64,000 bases of DNA from Candidatus Woesearchaeota archaeon (GCA_020343615.1 CP070803.1:628166-692165); one strand, 5' to 3'. Positions 1 through 9,018 are shown, numbered from the stretch's first letter. Program-made: numbers and translations. The notes: generated from the letters alone by a model not told the origin.

Positions 1-1
1 T

Positions 2-763
2 AATAATTGGTTCTCTGCGCTTAGATCTTCATTAATAATAATTGGGCTAGCTCTTTCTATTAAAATAGCGGTTCAGAAGTATATATCTAGTAGAATTTCT
101 TGCCAGGTAGAATATAAAATATGGAAGTCTGGTTTAATTTTAGCTTTAATAACTACAATAGCGTCTTTAGGATATATAATCTGGGCAGCTCCTGGAGCTG
201 TTAGGATAATTAATAAAACTCGCTTTAGAATTGGAAAGGCGAAGGATGAAATACATCCTGGTCCACGTGATCATGCTTTAATTGCTGTTGCTGGGGTATT
301 TGTTTTTTTTATTTTTGCATTAATAGGTAAAATTCTTCTTTCTACGGGAGATAGTATTTTTGGAGATAAATTATTGTTTATAGGGAGCTATCTTGCGATA
401 TTTAATCTAATACCTTTTGTGTATCCTCATAACACAGTTCCACCAGTAATAGCGAAGGGAAACCTTCCTACTTTAGAAGGTGTATTAATCTTTTTTGGAT
501 CTAGGTCAATATGGGCTTTCTCTTTTTCATTCATATTAATAAGTGTCTTGGGTTTTCTATTCTTAGGAACTGGTGCTTCTCTTATTATAGCAATTGTTGG
601 TAGCATTCTTTTATTCCTCTTATGGTATTATTACGTAGAACCTTGGGGCATTGCTTCTCCAACAAGTGATAGATTTTATAGAGACTATTATGATACATTT
701 TCAAAAAAACCACGAGATATGGGTAAGTGGAAGTGGCAAAGTAAACACGAAAAATACAAATGA
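2..763 (+). CDS. polytopic membrane protein, 5'-truncated by window edge (weakly M50/site-2-protease-like)
   Basis: Frame 2 stays open from nt 2 into listed ORF 374..763 (hand translation NNWFSALRSS...GDKLLFIGSY has no stop). Several hydrophobic spans. FNLIPF...LEG loosely recalls the NxxPxxxLDG motif of M50 peptidases, but the spacing is atypical and no HExxH lies in the window. Confidence 0.35.
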   Translation, partial: NNWFSALRSSLIIIGLALSIKIAVQKYISSRISCQVEYKIWKSGLILALITTIASLGYIIWAAPGAVRIINKTRFRIGKAKDEIHPGPRDHALIAVAGVFVFFIFALIGKILLSTGDSIFGDKLLFIGSYLAIFNLIPFVYPHNTVPPVIAKGNLPTLEGVLIFFGSRSIWAFSFSFILISVLGFLFLGTGASLIIAIVGSILLFLLWYYYVEPWGIASPTSDRFYRDYYDTFSKKPRDMGKWKWQSKHEKYK

Positions 764-2319
764 GATTCCTTAAAGAAAAATTAAATTTAAGATTATACCA
801 ACAGACTATTCTAAATACTGCACTAAAGGAAAGCACGTTATGTGTTATTCCTACTGGTTTGGGTAAAACTTACATAGCTATAGCCTTGTCAGGTTTAAGA
901 TTAAAAACCCATCCTGAATCTAAAATTTTATTTCTTGCTCCTACTAAACCTTTGGTAGATCAACATAAAAAAACATTTTCTAAATTTTTTGAAGCTGATG
1001 GTAAAGAGATGATTATTTTTACTGGAGAAGTTCTTCCATCTATAAGAAAAAAGCAGTTTAAAGAGGCTAAAATAATTTTTTCCACACCTCAATGTATTAG
1101 AAATGATCTAGAGTGTAAAAGAATCTCTCTCAAAGATATAAGTTTGTTAATTGTTGATGAAGCGCATAGATCTGTTGGGGATTATGCTTATGTATACGTA
1201 GCGAGAGTTTACAAAGACCAAGCTGATAACTTTAGACTTCTTGCATTAACTGCTTCGCCTGGATCTAGTGAAGTAAAAATATCTGAAATATGTAATAATT
1301 TATTTGTAACTGCTCTAGAAGTAAGAGGTAGGGACCATAGTGAAGTTAAAGAATACATCCAACCCTTAACTTCTGAGTATAAATTTGTTGAACTTCCAGA
1401 GTATATGATTAAAATAAAGAAGTTCTTAGAAATTGCAATTAATGAGAGGTTGAGTTACTTGCATAGGAGGAAACTTATTCGTGTTTCAAAGGTTGATAGA
1501 GTAAGAAAAAAGGATTTAATTAGACTACAATTAATGCTACAAAAAAGATTAGCTAAAAAAGATTTTACAATAGCAAAGGCTGCTTCTGATTGTGCTTTTC
1601 TATTGAAGACATTTCATGCTTTGAGGTTATTAGAATCTGAATCTCTTGCTGCTTTTGATAAGTATATGGATAGGTTATGGAAAGATGCTAAAGAAAATAA
1701 AACTCGTGCCGTACAGAATATGGTTAAGGATAAGAATATAGAACAAGCTAAGATTCTAACTAAAAAAGAATTAGAAAAAAATCACGACCATCCTAAGCTA
1801 CCTCTACTTAGAAAAATTGTAGAAGAACAAGTTGGTATAAATAAATATTCTAAGATTCTTATATTTACAGAATTTCGTGATAATATTTCTAAATTAGTTG
1901 AAACCTTGGAAGACGTTAAACTTTGTAGTGTAGAGGAATTTATAGGTCAAGCTTCAAAATCAACCAAGGGTATGTCTCAAAAGCAACAGGTTGAAGTATT
2001 GGAAAGATTCAAGGGAGGATATATTACCTGTCTAATTGCTACAGCTGTGGCTGAAGAAGGTATCGATGTTCCTGATGTGGATCTTGTAATATTTTATACG
2101 CCTGTGCCTTCTGCTATTAGGTCTATTCAGAGAAAGGGTAGAACTGCAAGAAAAAAGGAGGGAAAATTAATTATATTGATAACTAAAAATACAAGAGATG
2201 AAGCTATCTTTTGGATATCTAAGAGAAGAGAAAAAGGTATGGACTTAGCAACTAAGAAGATATCTGAAAGAAAAATAAAGGGACAAAAAAGACTAGATTA
2301 TTATGAAAATAATAGTTGA
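760..2319 (+). CDS. hef: Hef/FANCM-type SF2 helicase (helicase half of archaeal Hef)
   Basis: 519 aa. Walker A PTGLGKTYIA, DEAH box IVDEAH, LTASPG, motif VI QRKGRTARK. Start overlaps the previous stop (ATGA); the 3' end overlaps the nuclease ORF by 17 nt. Confidence 0.85.
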   Translation: MRFLKEKLNLRLYQQTILNTALKESTLCVIPTGLGKTYIAIALSGLRLKTHPESKILFLAPTKPLVDQHKKTFSKFFEADGKEMIIFTGEVLPSIRKKQFKEAKIIFSTPQCIRNDLECKRISLKDISLLIVDEAHRSVGDYAYVYVARVYKDQADNFRLLALTASPGSSEVKISEICNNLFVTALEVRGRDHSEVKEYIQPLTSEYKFVELPEYMIKIKKFLEIAINERLSYLHRRKLIRVSKVDRVRKKDLIRLQLMLQKRLAKKDFTIAKAASDCAFLLKTFHALRLLESESLAAFDKYMDRLWKDAKENKTRAVQNMVKDKNIEQAKILTKKELEKNHDHPKLPLLRKIVEEQVGINKYSKILIFTEFRDNISKLVETLEDVKLCSVEEFIGQASKSTKGMSQKQQVEVLERFKGGYITCLIATAVAEEGIDVPDVDLVIFYTPVPSAIRSIQRKGRTARKKEGKLIILITKNTRDEAIFWISKRREKGMDLATKKISERKIKGQKRLDYYENNS

Positions 2320-2932
2320 TTTTCAGGAAAGTAGGAATTGCTTGATTGAATATCTTAAAGAAGAGTTAGAGGTAGAAATAAAAAAACTAAAAGTTGGTGA
2401 CTTTATAATTTCTAAAGATGTTGTTGTTGAGAGAAAAACAGTTGGTGACTTTATTAATTCTTTAATTGATAGACGATTGTTTAAGCAAGCTGACAATATG
2501 CAAAAGAATTATCCTTGTCCTATTTTCATTATTGAGGGGGATATTGAAGATATGTTTGCTAGAAATATATCTGAAAAGGCGATATGGTCTGCAATTATTT
2601 CTTTAATGTTAAAAAACAATGTTAAGTTTCTTTTTACAAAATCATTTAAGGAAACTGCTCAAGTTATATGTATTCTTGCTAAGAAAGAGCAGGTTGATGA
2701 TAATAAAGAGCTTGCTTTAAGATGTAAAACAAATAAAATGAGTTTGAAAGAAAAACAACAGTTCTTTGTTGAAGGTTTACCTGGGGTTGGCCCTAAATTA
2801 GCTAAGAATTTACTTAAGAAGTTTAAGTCTCCAGAAGGCGTTATAAACGCTGATGAATCTGAGCTTAAGAAAATAGACAAGTTGGGCCCTAAAAAAGCAG
2901 AATCAATAAAAAAATTATTAAGAACAGTATAG
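2303..2932 (+). CDS. XPF/ERCC4-family structure-specific nuclease with C-terminal (HhH)2 (nuclease half of Hef)
   Basis: 209 aa. VGDFIISKDVVVERKTVGDFINSLIDRR matches the ERCC4 GDxn-ERKxxxD signature. GLPGVGPKLAKNLL and IDKLGPKKAESI are helix-hairpin-helix motifs. Confidence 0.85.
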   Translation: MKIIVDFQESRNCLIEYLKEELEVEIKKLKVGDFIISKDVVVERKTVGDFINSLIDRRLFKQADNMQKNYPCPIFIIEGDIEDMFARNISEKAIWSAIISLMLKNNVKFLFTKSFKETAQVICILAKKEQVDDNKELALRCKTNKMSLKEKQQFFVEGLPGVGPKLAKNLLKKFKSPEGVINADESELKKIDKLGPKKAESIKKLLRTV

Positions 2933-2944
2933 TAAAAATAGAAA

Positions 2945-3304
2945 ATGAAAGAAATTTATTTAAAAATAATAATAATTGCTATGTTATTTTTAGGTGAGTC
3001 TTTAGCAATATTCGCTGAGATGACTGCTGCTAAAACTTATTCAATCTCTGACAAGCCTGCACTTCATATTTTTTTATTAATGTTAATTGTAATTTTACTT
3101 GCTGAAGCATTTTTGATTTTAGGCTATATGTTTGGATTTAGTACTTTCAAAAATATTTGGGTTATAAGCGTTGCATCTATAACTTCAATCTTGATAATGG
3201 AACCAATTTTAGCATACACTTTTTTTAATCAATTACCAACAAAAGGAGCAGTAGTTGGTTTCGTATTAGGTGTACTTGGATTTATCTCTGCTATGACTTA
3301 TTGA
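2945..3304 (+). CDS. small ~4-TM membrane protein (SMR/DMT-like size), function unknown
   Basis: 119 aa, almost entirely hydrophobic spans, no catalytic motif recognised. Confidence 0.4.
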   Translation: MKEIYLKIIIIAMLFLGESLAIFAEMTAAKTYSISDKPALHIFLLMLIVILLAEAFLILGYMFGFSTFKNIWVISVASITSILIMEPILAYTFFNQLPTKGAVVGFVLGVLGFISAMTY

Positions 3305-3362
3305 TATAGTTATAGTCTGTCATAGAATAAGATTTATAAGATTTTACTACAATATTATTTTA

Positions 3363-3656
3363 ATGGATGTTAAAAAAGATGCTCAAGAATTAAATTATGA
3401 TTCTATTCTCTTCAATATAATATATAACAAAAATAAATGTAAATTATTATTTTTTATTTATAATGACAAGAATAACGCGGCAATTACTGTTGACCAAATA
3501 AAAAAACATTGCGATGGAGATTCCATTTCAGCTTTGGAAGAAATGGTTAAGGAAGGAATATTAGTGTCTGGTTTTAGGAGAAAAATAGGCCAAACAACTA
3601 AAACATATGGTATTGAAGATAATTTCTATAAATTCTTTAAGGACTTTGTTAAATAA
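3363..3656 (+). CDS. hypothetical protein, possibly winged-helix DNA-binding
   Basis: 97 aa. ITVDQIKKHC...ISALEEMVKEGILV...KTYGI resembles an HTH-plus-wing layout; weak. Confidence 0.3.
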   Translation: MDVKKDAQELNYDSILFNIIYNKNKCKLLFFIYNDKNNAAITVDQIKKHCDGDSISALEEMVKEGILVSGFRRKIGQTTKTYGIEDNFYKFFKDFVK

Positions 3657-4386
3657 ACATGTATTTCCAAAAATTAAATTGTGTTGATATTTCTGGGAAT
3701 CCTTTATATATCAAAAAATATGCTATTAAAATAAAAACTGTTGAAATCATCACAAGAACTATAAAGAAATCAAAAGGGTACTCTCTTACTATAATTTTTA
3801 ATTTTCTTTGCTTATTTATATGATGTAAACTTACTAAAGGTATAAAGATTATGGCTGCTATTAAACCGAAGATTGATGTATGCCCTTCTATCATTGCGGT
3901 AGCTAAACCTATTCCGTGGAACATTGCAGCAAATAACAATACACTTATGTTTTTGAAATCCAATTGTAACGTAAATGGTCTTCTTGCTTGTATTAGAGAA
4001 CCTCCAAGCATAAGACCAAATAATCCTAAATACATTGTTACGTGTCCAAGAATTTCATCATAAAAGTAAGCATATTCCTTTGCGAGTGAAACTCCTTCTC
4101 CAAAATAATAGGCTATATGATTTGCTGCGCCATGCATGCCAATTCCTATATAGAATAAAACAAAACTTAACAATAAGATAGCTGGTGTTATTTTTATTAG
4201 TGTTTGTGGAAAGTCTTTGATAGTTTTATGTGATGTTAATTCCTTATAAATTAAATAAAATATAATTGCACTAAAAAGAGGCATAAATAAACTTTCAGAG
4301 TAATGGAAGAATAAATTCAAAAGGAGTATGATGGTTGCTCCGAAACTCCATATTGCTATAAGTTTTGTTAGCTTTTGTATCTTCAT
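3649..4386 (-). CDS. multi-pass integral membrane protein, function unknown
   Basis: 245 aa with about 7 hydrophobic segments; no family recognised. Confidence 0.5.
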   Translation of the reverse strand: MKIQKLTKLIAIWSFGATIILLLNLFFHYSESLFMPLFSAIIFYLIYKELTSHKTIKDFPQTLIKITPAILLLSFVLFYIGIGMHGAANHIAYYFGEGVSLAKEYAYFYDEILGHVTMYLGLFGLMLGGSLIQARRPFTLQLDFKNISVLLFAAMFHGIGLATAMIEGHTSIFGLIAAIIFIPLVSLHHINKQRKLKIIVREYPFDFFIVLVMISTVFILIAYFLIYKGFPEISTQFNFWKYMFI

Positions 4387-4418
4387 AAATAATAATTAAT
4401 AATTCATAATTATTAAAT

Positions 4419-4841
4419 TTATTCTAATGTTTTTAAGAATTCAAATACTTTAGGATGTAAGGATGTTGTAAAATAATTAGTAACTTCTGTTGGTTTTACC
4501 CACTTAACCTCTACAAACTTACCTTGTGCCTTTGCTTCTCTTCCTTCTACCTTGCATAAATAATATATTAATAAGAACTCTTTTTTCTCTGGCATAATTC
4601 TGGCGAAGATTAATTTTTTTACATCAACATCTAAATTAGTTTTTATTTTTACTTGTTGTTTAAGATACTCCTCAAGATCCTTTTCATATTCTGGCCTTCC
4701 TCCAGGGAAGCACCATGTTAATTGAGGGAGTTGTTCATCATTTTCTCTTCTCCCAATTAGAATTTTCTTTGTATCGGGATCATAGACTATCCCCAAGACA
4801 TTCACTAAGAAAATTCCCTTATCAAAACTATTCCAATCCAT
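4419..4841 (-). CDS. Nudix-fold protein with degenerate Nudix box
   Basis: 140 aa. PGGRPEYEKDLEEYLKQQVKIKTNL sits where GX5EX7REUXEEXGU is expected, but the REUXEE core is replaced. Confidence 0.5.
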   Translation of the reverse strand: MDWNSFDKGIFLVNVLGIVYDPDTKKILIGRRENDEQLPQLTWCFPGGRPEYEKDLEEYLKQQVKIKTNLDVDVKKLIFARIMPEKKEFLLIYYLCKVEGREAKAQGKFVEVKWVKPTEVTNYFTTSLHPKVFEFLKTLE

Positions 4842-4848
4842 TTTCTAA

Positions 4849-5073
4849 TTATTTTTTTCTAGATTGTCTGCTAGCTTTAACTAGCATATCTGGAGCTCTT
4901 TCTAAAGCATATTGATAAGCTAGGTCTTCAAAGCCTGCTTCTAAGAAAATATTAACTAGATTACGAGCTGCTTCATCTTCTTTTTCAGCTCTTTGTTTAC
5001 GCATGTAAAGCTTTTTTCTTTCCTTTACATACTTTCTTTGATTATATTTTTTCATGTATTCCTTTTTTCCCAT
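4849..5073 (-). CDS. small Lys/Arg-rich hypothetical protein
   Basis: 74 aa, highly basic N-terminal half (KKYNQRKYVKERKKLYMRKQRAEKE); co-directional with the DP1 gene string. Confidence 0.35.
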   Translation of the reverse strand: MGKKEYMKKYNQRKYVKERKKLYMRKQRAEKEDEAARNLVNIFLEAGFEDLAYQYALERAPDMLVKASRQSRKK

Positions 5074-5117
5074 AGCTAATTTCCAAAGGAAATAGAGGTT
5101 TAAAAATGTTGTTGTGT

Positions 5118-5744
5118 TTAAATAGCTTTTAAATATTTAGTGACAATATCTACAAATCTACGGTTTATTGATATCTTTGGGTATTTATAGATGAATTTAT
5201 TATCATAGTATACTGCTGTCCCTTTTCCTTTCATGCCCTCAATAGAATACACTATTTTGGCTGAATCCTTAGACTTTCCTGTTACATAACTTAACATACT
5301 CTCTATTAACCTATATTCTAGATTAGTCTCAAGTTTAGGGATAGTTTGCTCTTTACTTTCGAGTAGCGAGTCAATTGTTTCATTATCTATTTTTTTATCT
5401 AAAATAACGTTTAGCTCGTATGCGAGTAGTCCCTCCTTACCAAGTCCCTCCTTACCATGCATGTAGATATTAAAAAAGGAGTCTACTCCTTGTGGAAATT
5501 TGTATTTTTCTGTATCAAATTTAAAATCTGAATAATTTAGCTCCCTGTGTTGAGAATTAAAGCTAGCAGAGTTAGATGTAACAAGCGGTGTAATTACTTC
5601 AATTAATATGCCTTGTTTGTTTAGGTTGTGGATAATTACTATTTCTGTTAGCTTTCTTACTCCATCAATAACTTTAGATTTGAAGACTCTAGGATCTAAA
5701 TGTATTTTATTTGATAGAATAATGTAGGGTTTTATATCTACCAT
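5118..5744 (-). CDS. hypothetical protein, paralog pair member A
   Basis: 208 aa. Shares PYIxLSNK, Y(S/K)DxKFD and (V/I)DSxFNxY blocks with the upstream ORF. Contains the in-frame GKEGLGKEGL duplication. Confidence 0.6.
   Translation of the reverse strand: MVDIKPYIILSNKIHLDPRVFKSKVIDGVRKLTEIVIIHNLNKQGILIEVITPLVTSNSASFNSQHRELNYSDFKFDTEKYKFPQGVDSFFNIYMHGKEGLGKEGLLAYELNVILDKKIDNETIDSLLESKEQTIPKLETNLEYRLIESMLSYVTGKSKDSAKIVYSIEGMKGKGTAVYYDNKFIYKYPKISINRRFVDIVTKYLKAI
5428..5457. repeat. perfect 15-bp tandem duplication inside a CDS
   Basis: agtccctccttacca occurs twice back-to-back (5428..5442 and 5443..5457). On the minus strand this encodes GKEGL-GKEGL. Confidence 0.9.
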
Positions 5745-5794
5745 GATTGTTTTAATAAATGGTAAAATTAAAAAGAGTTTCTATTCAAATTGTT

Positions 5795-6361
5795 CTATTC
5801 TAAATATCCTTTAATTACTTCAATAACTCTTTTGTCTATTGGGATTTCATCCCCTCGAAAGAAAAGTTCTTTACCTGTAAAAAATAATTCATTGCTATCT
5901 CCAAATTTTACTAGATGATGTTGAGTTATTAGTGTGGGTTTTTTACGTTTCACTATAGATGTTAGTACATTTGCAAGACTATAGGTAATGCTAGAGAGAA
6001 CCTCTTCTTCATCATTGAGTACAGACTCTAAATAAGGTTGTGAAATCTCTTCTTTCAATTTAATATCTATCTCGTAATAATTAAGATCATCTTTGTTGAG
6101 GACATAGGTATTAAAAATTGAATCTATCTTATCTGGAAGGGGGTTCTTATCTTTGTCAAATTTTAAATCTTTATAAGATATTTCATCTAAAGATATGCTC
6201 GCTTTAGTATGCTGTCTATAGGGGCTACTACATTTTATTTTATTTTTTGTTATGTTCTTATTTGTAAGAGTAATAACTAAGAAGATATCTTCTCTATTTG
6301 ATTTTATCTCCTCGAAACATAGTTTATTTGATAGTTGTATATACGGAACAATACTACTCAT
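5795..6361 (-). CDS. hypothetical protein, paralog pair member B
   Basis: The ORF track starts at a TTG (6406). The ATG at 6361 gives MSSIVPYIQLSNK, which aligns with MVDIKPYIILSNK of the paralog. A 19-nt upstream block is duplicated (5771..5789 = 6389..6407). Confidence 0.55.
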   Translation of the reverse strand: MSSIVPYIQLSNKLCFEEIKSNREDIFLVITLTNKNITKNKIKCSSPYRQHTKASISLDEISYKDLKFDKDKNPLPDKIDSIFNTYVLNKDDLNYYEIDIKLKEEISQPYLESVLNDEEEVLSSITYSLANVLTSIVKRKKPTLITQHHLVKFGDSNELFFTGKELFFRGDEIPIDKRVIEVIKGYLE

Positions 6362-6398
6362 TTTATACTTTAATAAGTAGTAAAAAATAAAAGAGTTT

Positions 6399-7742
6399 CT
6401 ATTCAAAATGCATTACTGTTGTTTTTCCTGTTTTTAGATTTAAAAAAGGAACTCTTCCAGGTTCAGCATGCAAACCATGTTTGTCTTGGAAAGATGTATT
6501 TTTCTGCCAACAGCCAGCTGCAATTATAGTAACTCCTCTGTATTGTGAAACTTTAGACTTATGGATGTGTCCTGTAACAACCATATCTGGGATTGGATCT
6601 ATAATTAAAGGATCATATCTCATTGGTAAAGATAGTGTAGAAAGATGTGATGGCGCTAAGTGTCTTCTTTTTAATAAAAATTTAATTAAAGCATCTGGGG
6701 CATCGTACCCTCCTTCTTCAATTAAACCTTCAACATTGTTTATATAATAATCAAAACTATAGCCATGATACATTAAAATATCCAATCCTTCAAAACCATT
6801 TACATTATGAATATTTACATATGCGGGATTGCTTACATGTATTATATTTGGTAATTCATAAAGAGGTTTTGCTATTTCTTCCGGTAGAGGTGGTTGGGGT
6901 TCAGCTATCCTTAATGAATCATGATTTCCTGGGCATATAATTACATACTTATCTTTAGGTATTTTACTTAAATACTCTGCTGCTACTCTGTATTGTTCGT
7001 ATATGTCATCGATCTCTAATTCTTTCTGCTGACCAGGATATATACCTATACCATCTACTATATCCCCAACTAAGAAAATATACTTTGTTTTTTTAGCTAT
7101 CTCTTTTTGAGAAGGTGTACCAACTTCTCCTCTTAATAATTTGATAAAGTATTCTAATTTATCTCCTAAAAAAGTATTAGAGCCAACATGTAAGTCTCCT
7201 GTAAATGCTGCATAAACTTCCTCTTTAGCAAACTTCTTTTTATTGTTAATTACAACATCAGGTTGTATTATTTCATTAACAAAGAAAACACCTCTGGATG
7301 GGCTTCCTCTAACACCTAAAACTTCGTCTAAAGCTAGATATTTTGCTTCTTCTACTAGCTCTGAATCCTTTGAAATAATCCCTTTTATTTCACCAGAGGG
7401 ATCTTCTAGTAGTAGAGATATGGTTCCAGTTGAGAATCTTTGTATATCTTTTATAATCGCTATAATTGTACTCTTTTCACCATAGGAAGATAATTTGGAT
7501 ATTGATATTGGTGACTCTACGCCGGGTCTGTTTATCAAAAGATTCTTTATTTGTTCATACCGGCTTCTGAAATAAACGACAAAATCCTCAACTTTAATTT
7601 GTTTGGGTTCATATTCATATGATCTTATAATTGATACTTTAGATCCGTCAAACTCTATCTCTTTTTGATAATCGTGTATTTCTTTAGCTATAGGTAGCTT
7701 TCCCTCTTTCAAAAACTGATTAACTAGTTCTGTCTTGTTCAT
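6399..7742 (-). CDS. dp1: DNA polymerase II (PolD) small subunit DP1, Mre11-like phosphoesterase/exonuclease
   Basis: 447 aa. N-terminal OB-like region plus calcineurin-like phosphoesterase motifs (GDLHVGS, LVGDIVDGIG, CPGNHD, TGHIH). The DP2 gene lies nearby. Confidence 0.9.
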   Translation of the reverse strand: MNKTELVNQFLKEGKLPIAKEIHDYQKEIEFDGSKVSIIRSYEYEPKQIKVEDFVVYFRSRYEQIKNLLINRPGVESPISISKLSSYGEKSTIIAIIKDIQRFSTGTISLLLEDPSGEIKGIISKDSELVEEAKYLALDEVLGVRGSPSRGVFFVNEIIQPDVVINNKKKFAKEEVYAAFTGDLHVGSNTFLGDKLEYFIKLLRGEVGTPSQKEIAKKTKYIFLVGDIVDGIGIYPGQQKELEIDDIYEQYRVAAEYLSKIPKDKYVIICPGNHDSLRIAEPQPPLPEEIAKPLYELPNIIHVSNPAYVNIHNVNGFEGLDILMYHGYSFDYYINNVEGLIEEGGYDAPDALIKFLLKRRHLAPSHLSTLSLPMRYDPLIIDPIPDMVVTGHIHKSKVSQYRGVTIIAAGCWQKNTSFQDKHGLHAEPGRVPFLNLKTGKTTVMHFE

Positions 7743-7839
7743 GGTAAATATGTCAATTTTTCCCTTTTTAAGTTATTATATTATTAAGTATATTTTCAAT
7801 ACAGAAAAAAATTAATAAGTTTAATTGTTAGGAATATGT

Positions 7840-8157
7840 ATGGCTCAACGCGGCAGGAAGGCTGGAAGTTTGATAAGAGATCGGCTTGTTGAATTATTAT
7901 ATTATTTAAAAAAGGGGTATGGTTATGATATTTACAAGTATTATGTAAAAATCTGGGGCAAAGTAACTCTTAGATCTATTTATTATCATTTAAGAAAGGG
8001 TGTTGAATTAGAAGTCTTCAAAATAAAAAAAGTAGAGGAAGTAAAAGGAGATTATTCTTGGGGTTTGAAAGCTAAAAGAATTATTTATGAGTTAGGATCT
8101 AATGCTAATCCTACTAAAGATGTAAAAATTAAAAAGAAAATTGAAAAATTATTATAA
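7840..8157 (+). CDS. PadR-like winged-helix transcriptional regulator
   Basis: The ATG at 7840 (MAQRGRK) is preferred over the TTG at 7825. YGYDIYKYY...LRSIYYHLRKGVELEVF fits the PadR wHTH pattern. Confidence 0.5.
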   Translation: MAQRGRKAGSLIRDRLVELLYYLKKGYGYDIYKYYVKIWGKVTLRSIYYHLRKGVELEVFKIKKVEEVKGDYSWGLKAKRIIYELGSNANPTKDVKIKKKIEKLL

Positions 8158-8616
8158 ATTAACTCTCAGTTTATTTTGTATGGGGAAATTTTTAACATAC
8201 ATTTTGACTTTTTGAAGATATACTTCGAGTCCTTTTGTTTCTTTTTTACATATCTCTTTTACTGCGGATTTTGCTTGTTCTTCATGGATTTCATAATTAT
8301 CTATGATAGAGACAATATCATCTGAATTTAGATCTAAAATTTGATAAGTGTACGCACTAGAACAAGTTCCCCACAATCCATACGGTTCTGTTTTACTAAG
8401 ATTAACATTAAGTCCTACATACGGATCTAAATTTATAACTTCATGCATCTTATCAAATTCTTTTATAAGTCCTGCAAGTAAAAAATTATGTTTAATCGCT
8501 TTTGGATATCCGAGGTGTTGTGAATAAAGTACATATAATTTTAAATCTCTATCTTCTTGATATTTTTTCCATATCTCATCTGTTGTCAAACTTTTTATGT
8601 TATTCATGTTATTCAT
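8152..8616 (-). CDS. hypothetical protein
   Basis: 154-aa ORF with no recognisable motifs; borders the candidate origin. Confidence 0.4.
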   Translation of the reverse strand: MNNMNNIKSLTTDEIWKKYQEDRDLKLYVLYSQHLGYPKAIKHNFLLAGLIKEFDKMHEVINLDPYVGLNVNLSKTEPYGLWGTCSSAYTYQILDLNSDDIVSIIDNYEIHEEQAKSAVKEICKKETKGLEVYLQKVKMYVKNFPIQNKLRVNL

Positions 8617-8639
8617 TAAAGATAAAAAAACTTAAGTAA

Positions 8640-9015
8640 TTTTAGTCTTTAGATCTACTGCCCCTCTGACACCTATATTTCCAGTGGAACTTATGGAAAA
8701 ATAAAATTCGCTGAATTTTAACTACCTATACCCCTTTAGTTCAATTGGAACACTTCTAAAATTTAGTTTAATTTCCTTTGGAAAATAGTAGTAGTATAGT
8801 AGCATATATAACATATATATTATATATTTATTTTCAATATAGTAAATAAATAAAAATAAATAAAGACCGAGCTAATTTTTTAATAAATATTTTCCATAAG
8901 AAATGTTGGTGTTAGGTAGGATAATATAATTTTTAAATTAACCTTTATTTCCTTTGGAGTAATTATAACATGAATCATATAAAAGTTTAAAAAACCTTTA
9001 CTTCTTGTGGAATTT
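8640..9015. other. candidate chromosomal replication origin (oriC) with ORB-like repeats and an AT-only unwinding element
   Basis: TTCC-NN-TGGAA-type elements:
- 8678..8690 tttccagtggaac
- 8739..8753 gttcaattggaacac
- 8771..8785 atttcctttggaaaa
- 8947..8960 atttcctttggagt
- 9001..9015 cttcttgtggaattt
- a weak copy at 8891..8903
They flank an almost pure A/T stretch at about 8801..8880. The region lies directly upstream of orc1/cdc6. Confidence 0.7.
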
Positions 9016-9018
9016 AAA

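Noticed and set aside
760-2932. Hef helicase/nuclease pair as a broken pseudogene
   Set aside because: Both ORFs are full-length for their domains, the nuclease has its own ATG, and the overlap resembles ordinary operon coupling. Only comparison with relatives could show otherwise.
6362-6406. TTG-initiated extension of paralog B that overlaps the DP1 stop (apparent translational coupling)
   Set aside because: The alignment with paralog A starts at the ATG at 6361, and the extension (MNRNSFIFYYLLKYK) corresponds to the duplicated non-coding leader found upstream of paralog A.
8617-9006. Largest intergenic region checked for a tRNA or other structured RNA
   Set aside because: The sequence is extremely AT-rich with no G+C-rich stems or a tRNA-like cloverleaf. 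The repeat pattern fits ORB/origin elements instead.
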